A stretch of DNA of 64,000 bases from a phage. The notes below the pieces were generated by a model. It was not told the DNA's origin, did not search any database, and saw only the letters and a list, made by a program, of their open reading frames with translations. Of this stretch, positions 1 to 13,959 are shown one piece after another (the stretch's first letter is position 1; each line of letters begins with the position of its first letter). The stretch lies in the sequence record PZ445526.1, one strand, 5' to 3'. The translations under genes were made by a program, and so were the position numbers.

Positions 1-1836
<1,836 letters not shown>

Positions 1837-1864
1837 TATTAAAGCATATTAAAGAGGATTAAAA

Positions 1865-3844
1865 ATGACTTTATTATCTCCGGGCATTGAGCTCAAAGAA
1901 ACTACGGTTCAAAGCACCGTGGTTAATAACTCTACTGGTACAGCAGCTTTGGCCGGTAAATTCCAGTGGGGTCCTGCTTTTCAGATTAAACAGGTTACAA
2001 ATGAAGTAGATTTAGTTAATACTTTTGGTCAACCAACCGCTGAAACTGCTGACTATTTTATGTCTGCGATGAATTTCTTGCAGTACGGAAATGACTTACG
2101 AGTAGTTCGTGCTGTTGATAGAGATACCGCTAAAAACTCATCGCCAATTGCTGGTAATATTGAATACACAATTTCTACCCCAGGTAGTAACTATGCGGTT
2201 GGAGATAAAATCACGGTCAAATATGTTTCAGATGATATTGAAACTGAAGGTAAAATTACCGAAGTAGATGCTGATGGAAAAATTAAGAAAATTAATATTC
2301 CTACCGCAAAAATTATCGCTAAAGCGAAAGAAGTCGGTGAATATCCAGCACTAGGTTCTAACTGGACTGCGGAAATTTCTTCGTCTTCCTCTGGTTTAGC
2401 TGCAGTAATAACTCTTGGAAAAATTATTACTGATTCTGGTATTTTATTAGCTGAAATTGAAAATGCTGAAGCTGCTATGACAGCGGTTGACTTTCAAGCA
2501 AATCTTGAAAAATACGGAATTCCAGGAGTAGTAGCTCTTTATCCAGGTGAGTTGGGCGATAAAATTGAAATTGAAATCGTATCTAAAGCTGACTATGCAA
2601 AAGGAGCTTCTGCATTACTCCCAATTTATCCAGGCGGTGGTACTCGTGCATCTACTGCTAAAGCAGTGTTTGGATATGGACCACAAACTGATTCACAGTA
2701 CGCTATTATAGTTCGTCGTAATGATGCTATTGTTCAAAGCGTTGTTCTTTCAACTAAGCGTGGTGAAAAAGATATTTACGATAGTAACATCTATATCGAT
2801 GACTTTTTCGCAAAAGGCGGCTCAGAATATATTTTTGCAACTGCACAAAACTGGCCAAAAGGCTTCTCTGGAATTTTAACTCTGTCTGGTGGATTATCAT
2901 CAAATGCTGAAGTAACAGCAGGAGATTTGATGGAAGCTTGGGACTTCTTTGCTGACCGTGAATCCGTTGATGTTCAACTGTTTATTGCGGGTTCTTGTGC
3001 CGGTGAATCTTTAGAAACAGCATCTACTGTCCAAAAACACGTCGTTTCAATTGGGGATGCTCGCCAAGATTGCTTAGTATTGTGCTCTCCTCCGCGTGAA
3101 ACTGTAGTTGGAATTCCTGTAACTCGTGCAGTAGATAATTTAGTTAACTGGAGAACTGCAGCAGGTTCATACACTGATAATAACTTTAATATCAGTTCAA
3201 CCTATGCAGCAATCGATGGTAACTACAAATATCAGTATGACAAATATAATGATGTGAATCGTTGGGTTCCATTAGCAGCTGATATTGCTGGTTTATGCGC
3301 AAGAACTGATAACGTATCTCAGACTTGGATGTCTCCAGCTGGTTATAATCGTGGTCAGATTCTTAACGTTATTAAACTTGCTATTGAAACTCGCCAGGCT
3401 CAGCGCGACCGTTTATACCAAGAAGCTATCAACCCAGTAACTGGTACAGGTGGCGATGGTTACGTATTGTATGGTGATAAAACAGCTACTTCTGTTCCTT
3501 CTCCGTTTGATCGTATTAACGTTCGTCGTCTGTTTAATATGTTGAAAACGAATATCGGACGTAGTTCAAAATATCGTTTGTTCGAATTAAACAACGCGTT
3601 TACTCGTTCATCATTCCGCACAGAAACTGCCCAGTACTTACAGGGAATTAAAGCTCTCGGTGGAATTTATGAATATCGTGTAGTTTGCGATACAACAAAT
3701 AATACTCCGTCAGTAATTGATAGAAACGAGTTTGTTGCAACATTCTACATCCAACCGGCTAGAAGCATTAACTACATTACCTTAAACTTCGTAGCAACTG
3801 CTACTGGTGCAGATTTCGATGAGTTAACTGGTCTTGCAGGTTAA
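1865..3844 (+). CDS. 18: Tail sheath protein gp18
   Basis: 659-aa ORF, same length as T4 gp18; late promoter and SD upstream; position between 17 and 19. Confidence 0.95.
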   Translation: MTLLSPGIELKETTVQSTVVNNSTGTAALAGKFQWGPAFQIKQVTNEVDLVNTFGQPTAETADYFMSAMNFLQYGNDLRVVRAVDRDTAKNSSPIAGNIEYTISTPGSNYAVGDKITVKYVSDDIETEGKITEVDADGKIKKINIPTAKIIAKAKEVGEYPALGSNWTAEISSSSSGLAAVITLGKIITDSGILLAEIENAEAAMTAVDFQANLEKYGIPGVVALYPGELGDKIEIEIVSKADYAKGASALLPIYPGGGTRASTAKAVFGYGPQTDSQYAIIVRRNDAIVQSVVLSTKRGEKDIYDSNIYIDDFFAKGGSEYIFATAQNWPKGFSGILTLSGGLSSNAEVTAGDLMEAWDFFADRESVDVQLFIAGSCAGESLETASTVQKHVVSIGDARQDCLVLCSPPRETVVGIPVTRAVDNLVNWRTAAGSYTDNNFNISSTYAAIDGNYKYQYDKYNDVNRWVPLAADIAGLCARTDNVSQTWMSPAGYNRGQILNVIKLAIETRQAQRDRLYQEAINPVTGTGGDGYVLYGDKTATSVPSPFDRINVRRLFNMLKTNIGRSSKYRLFELNNAFTRSSFRTETAQYLQGIKALGGIYEYRVVCDTTNNTPSVIDRNEFVATFYIQPARSINYITLNFVATATGADFDELTGLAG

Positions 3845-3860
3845 TACGGTGCATTCTAAA

Positions 3861-3878
3861 GGCCTGTTTCGGCAGGCC
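3861..3878 (+). terminator. GC-rich stem-loop downstream of gene 18
   Basis: GGCCTG-TTTCGG-CAGGCC inverted repeat. Confidence 0.5.
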
Positions 3879-3879
3879 A

Positions 3880-3887
3880 TATAAATA
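3880..3887 (+). promoter_or_regulatory. Late promoter TATAAATA (distal, gene 19)
   Basis: Exact TATAAATA right after the post-gene-18 hairpin. Confidence 0.5.
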
Positions 3888-3938
3888 CACTATATCCTTA
3901 ATTCTTTAATTCTATATGCCCTAGGTTAAACATAGGGA

Positions 3939-3946
3939 TATAAATA
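3939..3946 (+). promoter_or_regulatory. Late promoter TATAAATA (proximal, gene 19)
   Basis: Exact TATAAATA about 15 nt before the gene 19 ATG. Confidence 0.65.
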
Positions 3947-3960
3947 CTACAGAGGCTAAT

Positions 3961-4452
3961 ATGTTTGTAGATGATGTAACACGAGCGTTTGAATCTGGTG
4001 ATTTTGCTCGACCTAACTTATTCCAAGTAGAAATTTCTTATCTTGGACAAAATTTTACGTTCCAATGTAAAGCTACTGCTCTACCAGCTGGTATTGTAGA
4101 AAAAATTCCAGTCGGATTTATGAACCGTAAAATTAACGTAGCAGGCGATCGTACATTCGATGACTGGACTGTTACAGTAATGAACGATGAAGCTCATGAT
4201 GCTCGCCAGAAGTTCGTTGATTGGCAAAGCATTGCTGCGGGACAAGGAAACGAAATTACTGGCGGAAAACCTGCAGAGTATAAAAAGAGCGCTATCGTTC
4301 GTCAATATGCTCGTGACGCTAAAACAGTAACAAAAGAAATCGAAATTAAAGGTCTGTGGCCTACTAACGTGGGTGAACTTCAATTGGATTGGGATTCAAA
4401 CAATGAAATCCAAACATTTGAAGTAACTCTTGCTCTCGATTATTGGGAATAA
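3961..4452 (+). CDS. 19: Tail tube protein gp19
   Basis: 163-aa ORF, T4 gp19 size and position; two TATAAATA motifs upstream. Confidence 0.93.
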   Translation: MFVDDVTRAFESGDFARPNLFQVEISYLGQNFTFQCKATALPAGIVEKIPVGFMNRKINVAGDRTFDDWTVTVMNDEAHDARQKFVDWQSIAAGQGNEITGGKPAEYKKSAIVRQYARDAKTVTKEIEIKGLWPTNVGELQLDWDSNNEIQTFEVTLALDYWE

Positions 4453-4457
4453 AATGA

Positions 4458-4475
4458 ATGGGGAGAAATCCCCAT
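4458..4475 (+). terminator. Stem-loop downstream of gene 19
   Basis: ATGGGGA-GAAA-TCCCCAT with GNRA-type loop. Confidence 0.5.
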
Positions 4476-4484
4476 CCTGCTTAA

Positions 4485-6109
<1,625 letters not shown>

Positions 6110-6110
<1 letters not shown>

Positions 6111-6349
6111 TGGAAGGTTTAATTGAAGCTATTAAATCAAACGACCTCGTAGCCGCTCGTAAATTATTTGCTGAAGCCATGGCTGCAAGAACGATTGATT
6201 TAATTAAAGAAGAAAAAATCGCTATCGCTCGTAATTTCTTAATCGAAGGCGAAGAACCTGAAGACGAGGATGATGACGAAGACGAAGATAGTGATGATAA
6301 AGACGACAAAAAAGACGAAGACTCTGACGAAGACGAGGATGATGAATAA
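6110..6349 (+). CDS. 67: Prohead core protein gp67 (acidic C-terminal tail)
   Basis: 79-aa ORF, start overlaps gp20 stop (TAATG); Asp/Glu-rich tail; conserved position. Confidence 0.85.
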
Positions 6350-6774
6350 TGCTTCTGATCCCTGAAACTCATGAATTAGTTCTCGAGAATGTCGAAGCAC
6401 TTATTCCTGAAGCACAGGGTCGCTTTGACGAATTGTCTTCTGCTTTAAATAAAGACGATATAAATACAATTGTCGAGAATATGCTTGATGATGAAACTGA
6501 TTTAGCGGTTGCATTAGCTTCTATTAATGAAAATATGCCGTTAAATGAATTCATCGTTAAACATGTTTCCGCCCGTGGTGAAATTACTCGCACTAAAGAC
6601 CGCAAAACGCGTGAACGTAATGCATTTCAAACCACTGGGCTGTCTAAAGCAAAACGTAGACAAATTGCTCGTAAAGCTACCAAAACGAAGATTGCCAATC
6701 CAGCAGGTCAATCTCGTGCTCAGCGTAAGCGTAAAAAAGCTCTTAAACGCCGTAAAGCATTAGGATTAAGCTAA
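6349..6774 (+). CDS. 68: Prohead core protein gp68
   Basis: 141-aa ORF coupled by TAATG overlap to gp67 and to gp21; basic C-terminus. Confidence 0.85.
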
Positions 6775-7412
6775 TGAATGAACCCCAATTACTAATTGAA
6801 ACTTGGGGTCAACCTGGCGAAATTATTGATGGCGTACCAATGCTTGAATCTCATGATGGAAAAGACTTAGGTTTAAAACCGGGTTTATACATCGAAGGAA
6901 TATTCATGCAAGCGGAAGTCGTCAATAGAAATAAACGTCTTTATCCAAAACGTATATTAGAAAAAGCGGTAAAAGACTATATTAATGAGCAAGTTTTAAC
7001 TAAACAAGCTCTCGGAGAATTAAATCATCCTCCACGCGCTAATGTTGACCCGATGCAAGCCGCTATCATTATAGAAGATATGTGGTGGAAAGGAAATGAC
7101 GTATACGGACGAGCTCGTGTTATTGAAGGTGACCATGGTCCTGGAGATAAATTAGCAGCTAATATTCGTGCCGGATGGATTCCAGGAGTTTCTTCTCGTG
7201 GATTAGGTTCATTGACTGACACAAATAAAGGTTATCGTATCGTAAACGAAGGATTCAAATTAACTGTAGGTGTTGATGCAGTATGGGGTCCAAGTGCTCC
7301 AGATGCATGGGTAACTCCTAAGGAAATTACCGAATCACAGACGGCGGAAGCCGATACAAGTGCCGATGACGCCTATATGGCTCTCGCAGAGGCCATGAAA
7401 AAAGCGTTATAA
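6774..7412 (+). CDS. 21: Prohead core protease gp21
   Basis: 212-aa ORF, T4 gp21 size and position. Confidence 0.92.
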   Translation: MNEPQLLIETWGQPGEIIDGVPMLESHDGKDLGLKPGLYIEGIFMQAEVVNRNKRLYPKRILEKAVKDYINEQVLTKQALGELNHPPRANVDPMQAAIIIEDMWWKGNDVYGRARVIEGDHGPGDKLAANIRAGWIPGVSSRGLGSLTDTNKGYRIVNEGFKLTVGVDAVWGPSAPDAWVTPKEITESQTAEADTSADDAYMALAEAMKKAL

Positions 7413-7415
7413 ATA
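7408..7415 (+). promoter_or_regulatory. Late promoter TATAAATA upstream of gene 22
   Basis: Exact motif overlapping the gp21 stop, 28 nt before the gene 22 ATG. Confidence 0.7.
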
Positions 7416-7442
7416 TTATTATCTAAACAACAGGACTACAAA

Positions 7443-8252
7443 ATGCTTAAAGAACAACTGATTGCCGAAGCGCAGAAAATTGATGCTTCCGTTGCTCTTG
7501 ATAGTATTTTCGAATCAGTTAATATTTCTCCGGAAGCAAAAGAAACTTTCGGCACTGTATTCGAAGCTACCGTCAAGCAGCACGCCGTTAAATTAGCTGA
7601 ATCTCATATCGCTAAAATTGCTGAAAAAGCAGAAGAAGAAGTAGAAAAAAATAAAGAAGAAGCCGAAGAAAAAGCTGAGAAGAAAATCGCTGAGCAAGCT
7701 TCTAAATTCATTGACCATCTTGCGAAAGAATGGCTCGCTGAAAATAAATTAGCAGTTGATAAAGGCATCAAAGCCGAACTGTTTGAATCCATGCTTGGTG
7801 GATTAAAAGAGCTCTTTGTTGAACACAACGTTGTTGTTCCAGAAGAATCAGTTGATGTTGTAGCTGAAATGGAAGAAGAGCTGCAAGAACATAAAGAAGA
7901 ATCAGCTCGTCTGTTCGAAGAACTCAATATGCGCGACGCATATATCAATTATGTGCAGCGTGAAGTGGCATTGAGCGAAAGTACTAAAGATCTGACTGAG
8001 TCTCAAAAAGAAAAAGTCTCTGCTCTGGTCGAAGGTATGGATTATTCAGATGCATTCTCAAGTAAATTGAGTGCAATCGTAGAAATGGTGAAGAAATCTA
8101 ATAAAGATGAAAGCACTATTACTGAGGGTATAAATACTCCTGATACTGAAGCAGCCGGACTGAATTTCGTCACTGAAGCTGTAGAAGATAAAGCTGCACA
8201 GGGTGCAGAAGATATTGTAAGTGTATATGCGAAAGTCGCATCTCGTTTCTAA
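7443..8252 (+). CDS. 22: Prohead core scaffold protein gp22
   Basis: 269-aa acidic, coiled-coil-rich ORF; T4 gp22 size and position; late promoter upstream. Confidence 0.92.
   Translation: MLKEQLIAEAQKIDASVALDSIFESVNISPEAKETFGTVFEATVKQHAVKLAESHIAKIAEKAEEEVEKNKEEAEEKAEKKIAEQASKFIDHLAKEWLAENKLAVDKGIKAELFESMLGGLKELFVEHNVVVPEESVDVVAEMEEELQEHKEESARLFEELNMRDAYINYVQREVALSESTKDLTESQKEKVSALVEGMDYSDAFSSKLSAIVEMVKKSNKDESTITEGINTPDTEAAGLNFVTEAVEDKAAQGAEDIVSVYAKVASRF
8129..8136 (+). promoter_or_regulatory. Candidate late promoter for gene 23 inside 3' end of gene 22
   Basis: Exact TATAAATA about 135 nt upstream of the gene 23 ATG; nearest such motif. Confidence 0.45.
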
Positions 8253-8270
8253 TTTTAAAGGTTAACACAA

Positions 8271-9836
8271 ATGACTATCAAAACTAAAGCTGAACTTTTG
8301 AACAAATGGAAGCCATTACTGGAAGGTGAAGGTTTACCGGAAATTGCTAATAGCAAACAAGCGATTATCGCTAAAATCTTTGAAAACCAGGAAAAAGATT
8401 TCCAGACAGCTCCAGAATACAAAGACGAAAAAATTGCTCAGGCATTTGGTTCTTTCTTAACAGAAGCTGAAATCGGTGGTGACCACGGTTACAATGCTAC
8501 TAACATCGCTGCAGGTCAGACTTCTGGCGCAGTAACTCAGATTGGCCCAGCTGTTATGGGTATGGTACGTCGTGCTATTCCTAACCTGATTGCTTTCGAT
8601 ATTTGTGGTGTTCAGCCGATGAACAGCCCGACTGGCCAGGTATTCGCACTGCGCGCAGTATATGGTAAAGATCCAATCGCTTCCGGTGCTAAAGAAGCAT
8701 TCCACCCAATGTATGGTCCAGATGCAATGTTCTCTGGTCAGGGTGCTGCTAAGAAATTCCCAGCTCTGGCTGCTAGCACACAAACCACAGTAGGTGATAT
8801 CTATACTCACTTCTTCCAGGAAACTGGTACTGTATATCTGCAAGCTTCTGTTCAAGTAACAATCGATGCTGGTGCGACTGATGCTGCTAAATTAGATGCT
8901 GAAATTAAGAAACAAATGGAAGCTGGTGCACTGGTAGAAATCGCTGAAGGTATGGCTACTTCTATCGCTGAACTCCAGGAAGGTTTCAATGGTTCTACCG
9001 ATAACCCATGGAATGAAATGGGCTTCCGTATCGATAAGCAAGTTATCGAAGCTAAATCTCGTCAGCTGAAAGCTGCTTACTCTATTGAATTAGCACAAGA
9101 CCTCCGCGCTGTTCACGGTATGGATGCTGATGCTGAACTGTCTGGTATTCTGGCTACAGAAATTATGCTGGAAATCAACCGTGAAGTTGTTGATTGGATT
9201 AACTACTCAGCTCAGGTTGGTAAATCTGGTATGACCCTGACTCCGGGTTCTAAAGCTGGTGTATTTGACTTCCAGGACCCAATCGATATTCGTGGTGCTC
9301 GCTGGGCAGGTGAATCCTTTAAAGCTCTGTTGTTCCAGATTGACAAAGAAGCAGTTGAAATTGCTCGTCAGACCGGTCGTGGTGAAGGTAACTTCATTAT
9401 TGCTTCCCGTAACGTAGTTAACGTTCTGGCTTCAGTTGATACAGGCATTTCTTATGCTGCACAGGGTCTGGCTACTGGCTTTAACACTGATACTACCAAG
9501 TCAGTATTTGCTGGTGTTCTGGGTGGTAAATACCGCGTATATATCGACCAGTATGCTAAACAGGATTATTTCACTGTAGGTTATAAAGGTCCGAACGAAA
9601 TGGATGCTGGTATTTACTATGCTCCATATGTAGCTCTGACTCCGCTGCGTGGTTCCGATCCGAAGAACTTCCAACCGGTAATGGGATTCAAAACTCGTTA
9701 CGGTATCGGTATCAACCCATTTGCAGAATCCGCTGCTCAGGCTCCGGCTTCTCGCATCCAGAGCGGTATGCCTTCTATTCTGAATAGCCTTGGTAAAAAC
9801 GCTTACTTCCGCCGTGTATATGTTAAAGGTATCTAA
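8271..9836 (+). CDS. 23: Major capsid protein gp23
   Basis: 521-aa ORF MTIKTKAELLNKWKPLLEGEG..., near-identical to T4 gp23 as recalled; strong codon bias; hairpin downstream. Confidence 0.98.
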   Translation: MTIKTKAELLNKWKPLLEGEGLPEIANSKQAIIAKIFENQEKDFQTAPEYKDEKIAQAFGSFLTEAEIGGDHGYNATNIAAGQTSGAVTQIGPAVMGMVRRAIPNLIAFDICGVQPMNSPTGQVFALRAVYGKDPIASGAKEAFHPMYGPDAMFSGQGAAKKFPALAASTQTTVGDIYTHFFQETGTVYLQASVQVTIDAGATDAAKLDAEIKKQMEAGALVEIAEGMATSIAELQEGFNGSTDNPWNEMGFRIDKQVIEAKSRQLKAAYSIELAQDLRAVHGMDADAELSGILATEIMLEINREVVDWINYSAQVGKSGMTLTPGSKAGVFDFQDPIDIRGARWAGESFKALLFQIDKEAVEIARQTGRGEGNFIIASRNVVNVLASVDTGISYAAQGLATGFNTDTTKSVFAGVLGGKYRVYIDQYAKQDYFTVGYKGPNEMDAGIYYAPYVALTPLRGSDPKNFQPVMGFKTRYGIGINPFAESAAQAPASRIQSGMPSILNSLGKNAYFRRVYVKGI

Positions 9837-9849
9837 TCTTTGACGATTT

Positions 9850-9880
9850 AAGGGACCTTCGGGTCCCTTTAGTTGTTTTT
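9850..9880 (+). terminator. Intrinsic terminator-like hairpin after gene 23
   Basis: AAGGGACC-TTCG-GGTCCCTT followed by a T-run. Confidence 0.65.
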
Positions 9881-9884
9881 ATGG

Positions 9885-9892
9885 TATAAATA
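9885..9892 (+). promoter_or_regulatory. Late promoter TATAAATA upstream of gene 24
   Basis: Exact motif 28 nt before ATG, just after the gene 23 hairpin. Confidence 0.7.
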
Positions 9893-9919
9893 AATCATAT
9901 AAACCAAAAGGAAAGCGCA

Positions 9920-11203
9920 ATGGCTAAAATCAACGAACTTCTGCGCGAATCAACCACAACGAATAGCAACTCAATCGGTCGCCCAAATCTCGTTGCTTTG
10001 ACTCGCGCTACCACTAAATTAATATATTCTGACATTGTAGCAACGCAAAGAACTAATCAACCTGTTGCTGCTTTTTATGGTATCAAATACCTTAACCCAG
10101 ACAATGAATTTACATTTAAAACTGGTGCTACTTACGCTGGCGAAGCTGGATATGTAGACCGAGAACAAATCACAGAATTAACAGAAGAGTCTAAATTAAC
10201 TCTCAATAAAGGTGATTTATTCAAATATAATAATATCGTTTATAAAGTATTAGAAGATACTCCATTTGCTGATATTGAAGAAAGCGACTTAGAGTTAGCT
10301 CTTCAGATTGCAATTGTTCTTTTAAAGGTTCGTCTATTTTCTGACGCAGCGTCAACAAGCAAATTTGAAAGCTCTGATAGTGAAATTGCGGATGCTAGAT
10401 TCCAGATTAATAAATGGCAAACCGCAGTTAAATCTCGTAAACTTAAAACTGGCATCACAGTTGAATTAGCGCAAGATTTAGAAGCAAATGGATTCGATGC
10501 TCCTAATTTCTTGGAAGATTTGCTTGCAACTGAAATGGCAGATGAAATCAATAAAGATATTCTGCAGTCTTTGATTACAGTGTCAAAACGCTATAAAGTT
10601 ACAGGAATTACTGATAATGGATTCATCGATTTGAGTTATGCATCTGCACCTGAAGCTGGTCGTTCATTATACCGAATGGTATGTGAAATGGTTTCGCATA
10701 TCCAAAAAGAATCAACTTATACAGCAACGTTCTGTGTTGCTTCAGCTCGTGCCGCTGCGATTCTTGCTGCATCAGGTTGGTTAAAACATAAACCAGAAGA
10801 TGACAAATATCTTTCACAAAATGCCTACGGGTTCTTAGCTAATGGTTTACCACTTTATTGCGATACTAACAGCCCATTAGATTATGTAATCGTTGGCGTA
10901 GTAGAAAATATCGGTGAAAAAGAAATTGTTGGATCAATTTTCTATGCTCCGTATACAGAAGGTCTTGACTTAGATGACCCTGAACATGTAGGTGCATTTA
11001 AAGTTGTTGTTGATCCAGAAAGCTTACAACCATCTATCGGTTTATTAGTTAGATATGCTTTATCAGCAAATCCTTATACCGTAGCAAAAGATGAAAAAGA
11101 AGCAAGAATAATTGACGGTGGAGACATGGATAAAATGGCGGGTCGTTCAGATTTGTCTGTTTTATTAGGTGTTAAGCTACCAAAAATTATCATTGATGAA
11201 TAA
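9920..11203 (+). CDS. 24: Capsid vertex protein gp24
   Basis: 427-aa ORF, T4 gp24 size; late promoter at about 9885; bidirectional hairpin downstream. Confidence 0.95.
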   Translation: MAKINELLRESTTTNSNSIGRPNLVALTRATTKLIYSDIVATQRTNQPVAAFYGIKYLNPDNEFTFKTGATYAGEAGYVDREQITELTEESKLTLNKGDLFKYNNIVYKVLEDTPFADIEESDLELALQIAIVLLKVRLFSDAASTSKFESSDSEIADARFQINKWQTAVKSRKLKTGITVELAQDLEANGFDAPNFLEDLLATEMADEINKDILQSLITVSKRYKVTGITDNGFIDLSYASAPEAGRSLYRMVCEMVSHIQKESTYTATFCVASARAAAILAASGWLKHKPEDDKYLSQNAYGFLANGLPLYCDTNSPLDYVIVGVVENIGEKEIVGSIFYAPYTEGLDLDDPEHVGAFKVVVDPESLQPSIGLLVRYALSANPYTVAKDEKEARIIDGGDMDKMAGRSDLSVLLGVKLPKIIIDE

Positions 11204-11233
11204 AACAAAGGGACCGAAAGGTCCCTTTGTTTT
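11202..11233. terminator. Bidirectional terminator between convergent gene 24 and rnlB
   Basis: 14-bp perfect stem AAAACAAAGGGACC-GAAA-GGTCCCTTTGTTTT with A/T runs on both sides. Confidence 0.75.
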
Positions 11234-11235
11234 AT

Positions 11236-12240
11236 TTAGCTCACCAACTCAATCCAAGCTGGACGAAGTACATCTTGCACCATTTTAACTAATTCCTTTT
11301 TAATCAAAGAAGGATTATCTGCTTGAGTTAAAGTAATACCTTCACGAGAAGTTTCTTCCAAAATATCTTGAACAGTTAGCCCCATCACCTTTCCAAAATC
11401 CTTTGGACCAATTTCGCCAATTTTAGAAATAACGTTATTTACCCGGTTCAGTGTAACGTAACAAGCTAAAATTCCCACCAATTTGTTATCAGCTTCTGAT
11501 AGTTCAACTTTAGCTTTAATAGGCTTATCGGACTTTTTCTTTTCACTAAATTTGGAATTCTTGCATTTAATTGCTACACGATTTCCATTATGAAGCCAAG
11601 AAGGATAACAAGGTTTCAATACATATCCTTCAGCAGTAAATACTTCGCCTTTTGCTTCGGCATTCCAAACGCATTTATTTGCATCAACTAATCCAGCATG
11701 GTCTACTGTAAAATTATAATCTTGGACGACAGAATCTAAATCATTTGGCAATTTAATAAGCTCTTCAAATTTACCGCGACCTAAAAGTGGAGCCATTTTA
11801 AATTTAAATGTATTACAGAATGATTCCATCATATAATCATCGACATAAGTCACATCACCACTTTCTGTAGTAACAATAATGTCAAATACATAAAAATCTT
11901 TATCACCATAATCGACATTCTTCTGAATGCCAGGTCCAGCGAATTCGCCAAAGACTTGATAAGATACAACCGCTGAGGTTTCCATAATATCTTGTACTGC
12001 TTTAATGGAATCAGCGTAATTCTTTAGAATAATTTCATACCCAAAGAAATCTTCAGCGGGAAGAATCGGTCCAGTACGTTTAGCGCAAGTTACTTTATCA
12101 CGCTCAATAATCAATGAGAAATTTGTGCCATGAATCTTTTCACGAGCTACCCATTCGCCGCCAGTCAATCCTAAACTGTAAAGTTTTTCAATGAATTTAG
12201 AATTGTAATGATTTTCAAGACTGCTATACTTTTTAAACAT
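11236..12240 (-). CDS. rnlB: RNA ligase 2 (RnlB)
   Basis: 334-aa ORF with ligase motif I KIHGTN; T4 Rnl2 size and position (convergent with gene 24). Confidence 0.9.
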   Translation of the reverse strand: MFKKYSSLENHYNSKFIEKLYSLGLTGGEWVAREKIHGTNFSLIIERDKVTCAKRTGPILPAEDFFGYEIILKNYADSIKAVQDIMETSAVVSYQVFGEFAGPGIQKNVDYGDKDFYVFDIIVTTESGDVTYVDDYMMESFCNTFKFKMAPLLGRGKFEELIKLPNDLDSVVQDYNFTVDHAGLVDANKCVWNAEAKGEVFTAEGYVLKPCYPSWLHNGNRVAIKCKNSKFSEKKKSDKPIKAKVELSEADNKLVGILACYVTLNRVNNVISKIGEIGPKDFGKVMGLTVQDILEETSREGITLTQADNPSLIKKELVKMVQDVLRPAWIELVS

Positions 12241-12249
12241 AATTAATCC

Positions 12250-12528
12250 TCAAAATGTAATTTCTAACCAATCACCATCACGCTGATCACTATTGACTTT
12301 AAAGTTGAATCCTTCTTTTCTCAGCCAATCACCAATTTCTTCAGTAATCAATTTATCACGAGCAATACAATAATAATTAAAATGTGTTTTACCTTGTTCA
12401 GCTGCTTTATTAGCAAGTTCCGAAAAATCTTTAATAAAACACTCTAGCTTAAACTGTTTACTTTTGAATGCTTTTTCGCGTAATTGATTAGCAAAAGATT
12501 CATTTTCATAAAGATCATACTGTTCCAT
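12250..12528 (-). CDS. Hypothetical protein (24.2-like by position)
   Basis: 92-aa ORF with ATG start in the rnlB-hoc interval; no recognisable motif. Confidence 0.6.
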   Translation of the reverse strand: MEQYDLYENESFANQLREKAFKSKQFKLECFIKDFSELANKAAEQGKTHFNYYCIARDKLITEEIGDWLRKEGFNFKVNSDQRDGDWLEITF

Positions 12529-12730
12529 TTTTCACCTTTTTATTGATATGTCTTTTTCTATAGACAACTTTTTCTCGAGTTTCAAATTTATTCTTAGCAG
12601 TCATAGCTCGAGCCCATAATACAGCCACTTCTTTTGCCTGTAAGTTTAATTCACGAGCAATTTCAATGAATGACTTTCCAGACTCATGAAGAGTAAACAC
12701 CACAACCTCAGTTCTCATAATCAATCTCAT
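12515..12730 (-). CDS. Hypothetical small basic protein, possible helix-turn-helix
   Basis: 71-aa ORF overlapping the downstream ORF by 14 nt; segment SFIEIARELNLQAKEVAVLWARA is HTH-like. Confidence 0.55.
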   Translation of the reverse strand: MRLIMRTEVVVFTLHESGKSFIEIARELNLQAKEVAVLWARAMTAKNKFETREKVVYRKRHINKKVKNGTV

Positions 12731-12797
12731 GTTATCGAGTTGGTGCCATTATATACATCATTTTCTGATTGTGTTTTGTGTGCTTTCAAAATGAAGA

Positions 12798-12815
12798 AAG
12801 GGGCCGAAGCCCCTT
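12798..12815 (-). terminator. Stem-loop downstream of hoc
   Basis: AAGGGGC-CGAA-GCCCCTT. Confidence 0.55.
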
Positions 12816-12819
12816 ATGA

Positions 12820-13950
12820 TTATGGATAGGTATAGATGATACCAGTTTCTAAAGCAGTTTTATGAATGATGTATCCATTACGCGATTCTTGGACATCAAC
12901 TTCTGGATAATCTTTCATCATCTTCTGAAGAGTGTAACGATGCAGGTAGTATTTACTATCTGGATCTTCAGTTTTCCAATCTTTACCTTCTTCAGTCATT
13001 TTTTGGATTTCATCCATAACCCACCAACCGCACCAGATGTAAGCTGAGCTACGGTGTGGAAGAGGATGAACATAAGGTAATTCACCTTCTGGTTCTGGAG
13101 CAACTTTATCAGTTACCTGAACTTGACCTTCCGCCGTAATAGTTTTGCTATCATAATCAGCGGCAGTAACAGTTGCAGTAACTTCAATAGTTTGACTTCC
13201 AATAGATGAGGTATCAACTGTATATACATTAGTTGACCCTTCTACAGGAGAAGAATCTTTCTTCCATGAATATTCAATTTGCGCTTCTTCTGGAGCATCA
13301 GTGACATTAGCAGTAAATGTAGCCGAAGCATCTTGTTGAACGTTAATAGAAGGAGGAGTCAATGTAACCTGTGGATTCATTGTCTTCTTATTAACTGTTA
13401 ATGATACTTCATTAGAAGTAACTTCCTTTGCATCATAATCTGCCGCGGTTACTTGAGCCACACACTTAATTCTTTTTACCCCGCTTTCGGCAGGAGTGTA
13501 ATTGAACGTAGCGTTAGTTGCTTCGCCCATAGGAGAATCATCTACATACCATTGATAAGTAGCGTTTGCGCCCGATGGCTGCGAAGCTAAAGCGGCAGTA
13601 AATTCAATAGCTGTTCCGATTACTCCAGCGTCAGGGCTATTAGGAGTTACAGCTAAGGTGGTCGTTTGTGTCTTATTTTGAACTGTGATAGTTGTAGTAG
13701 CTTCTGCTGTTTCAGCTTCAGCTTCTGGAACTGTATTTGTTGCAACTACTTTAATAGTCTTTTGACCGGCAGGTCCTTTTAATACATAATTAAAAGTTGC
13801 TTCAGCTCCATCTTGTGGAAAATCATCTACAGTCCAAGCATAGGTAATAGTTCCACCTCCAGTTTCACCACTGGGTGTAGCAGTAAACTGCTGAGTCTGA
13901 TCTATAACTCCAGTAGGTGTTTTAGGAGTTATATCAACTGTAAAAGCCAT
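12820..13950 (-). CDS. hoc: Hoc, highly immunogenic outer capsid protein (Ig-like repeats)
   Basis: 376-aa ORF, same length as T4 Hoc; three Thr/Val-rich Ig-like repeats visible; C-terminal Trp-rich capsid-binding region. Confidence 0.92.
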   Translation of the reverse strand: MAFTVDITPKTPTGVIDQTQQFTATPSGETGGGTITYAWTVDDFPQDGAEATFNYVLKGPAGQKTIKVVATNTVPEAEAETAEATTTITVQNKTQTTTLAVTPNSPDAGVIGTAIEFTAALASQPSGANATYQWYVDDSPMGEATNATFNYTPAESGVKRIKCVAQVTAADYDAKEVTSNEVSLTVNKKTMNPQVTLTPPSINVQQDASATFTANVTDAPEEAQIEYSWKKDSSPVEGSTNVYTVDTSSIGSQTIEVTATVTAADYDSKTITAEGQVQVTDKVAPEPEGELPYVHPLPHRSSAYIWCGWWVMDEIQKMTEEGKDWKTEDPDSKYYLHRYTLQKMMKDYPEVDVQESRNGYIIHKTALETGIIYTYP

Positions 13951-13959
13951 AAGTTATCC

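Noticed and set aside
6459-6466. TATAAATA inside gene 68
   Set aside because: Exact late-promoter octamer but about 310 nt from the nearest downstream start; in DNA this AT-rich, several chance matches per strand are expected across 64 kb.
7604-7948. 114-aa minus-strand ORF inside gene 22
   Set aside because: Low-complexity Ser-rich antisense frame of the coiled-coil scaffold gene; no SD.
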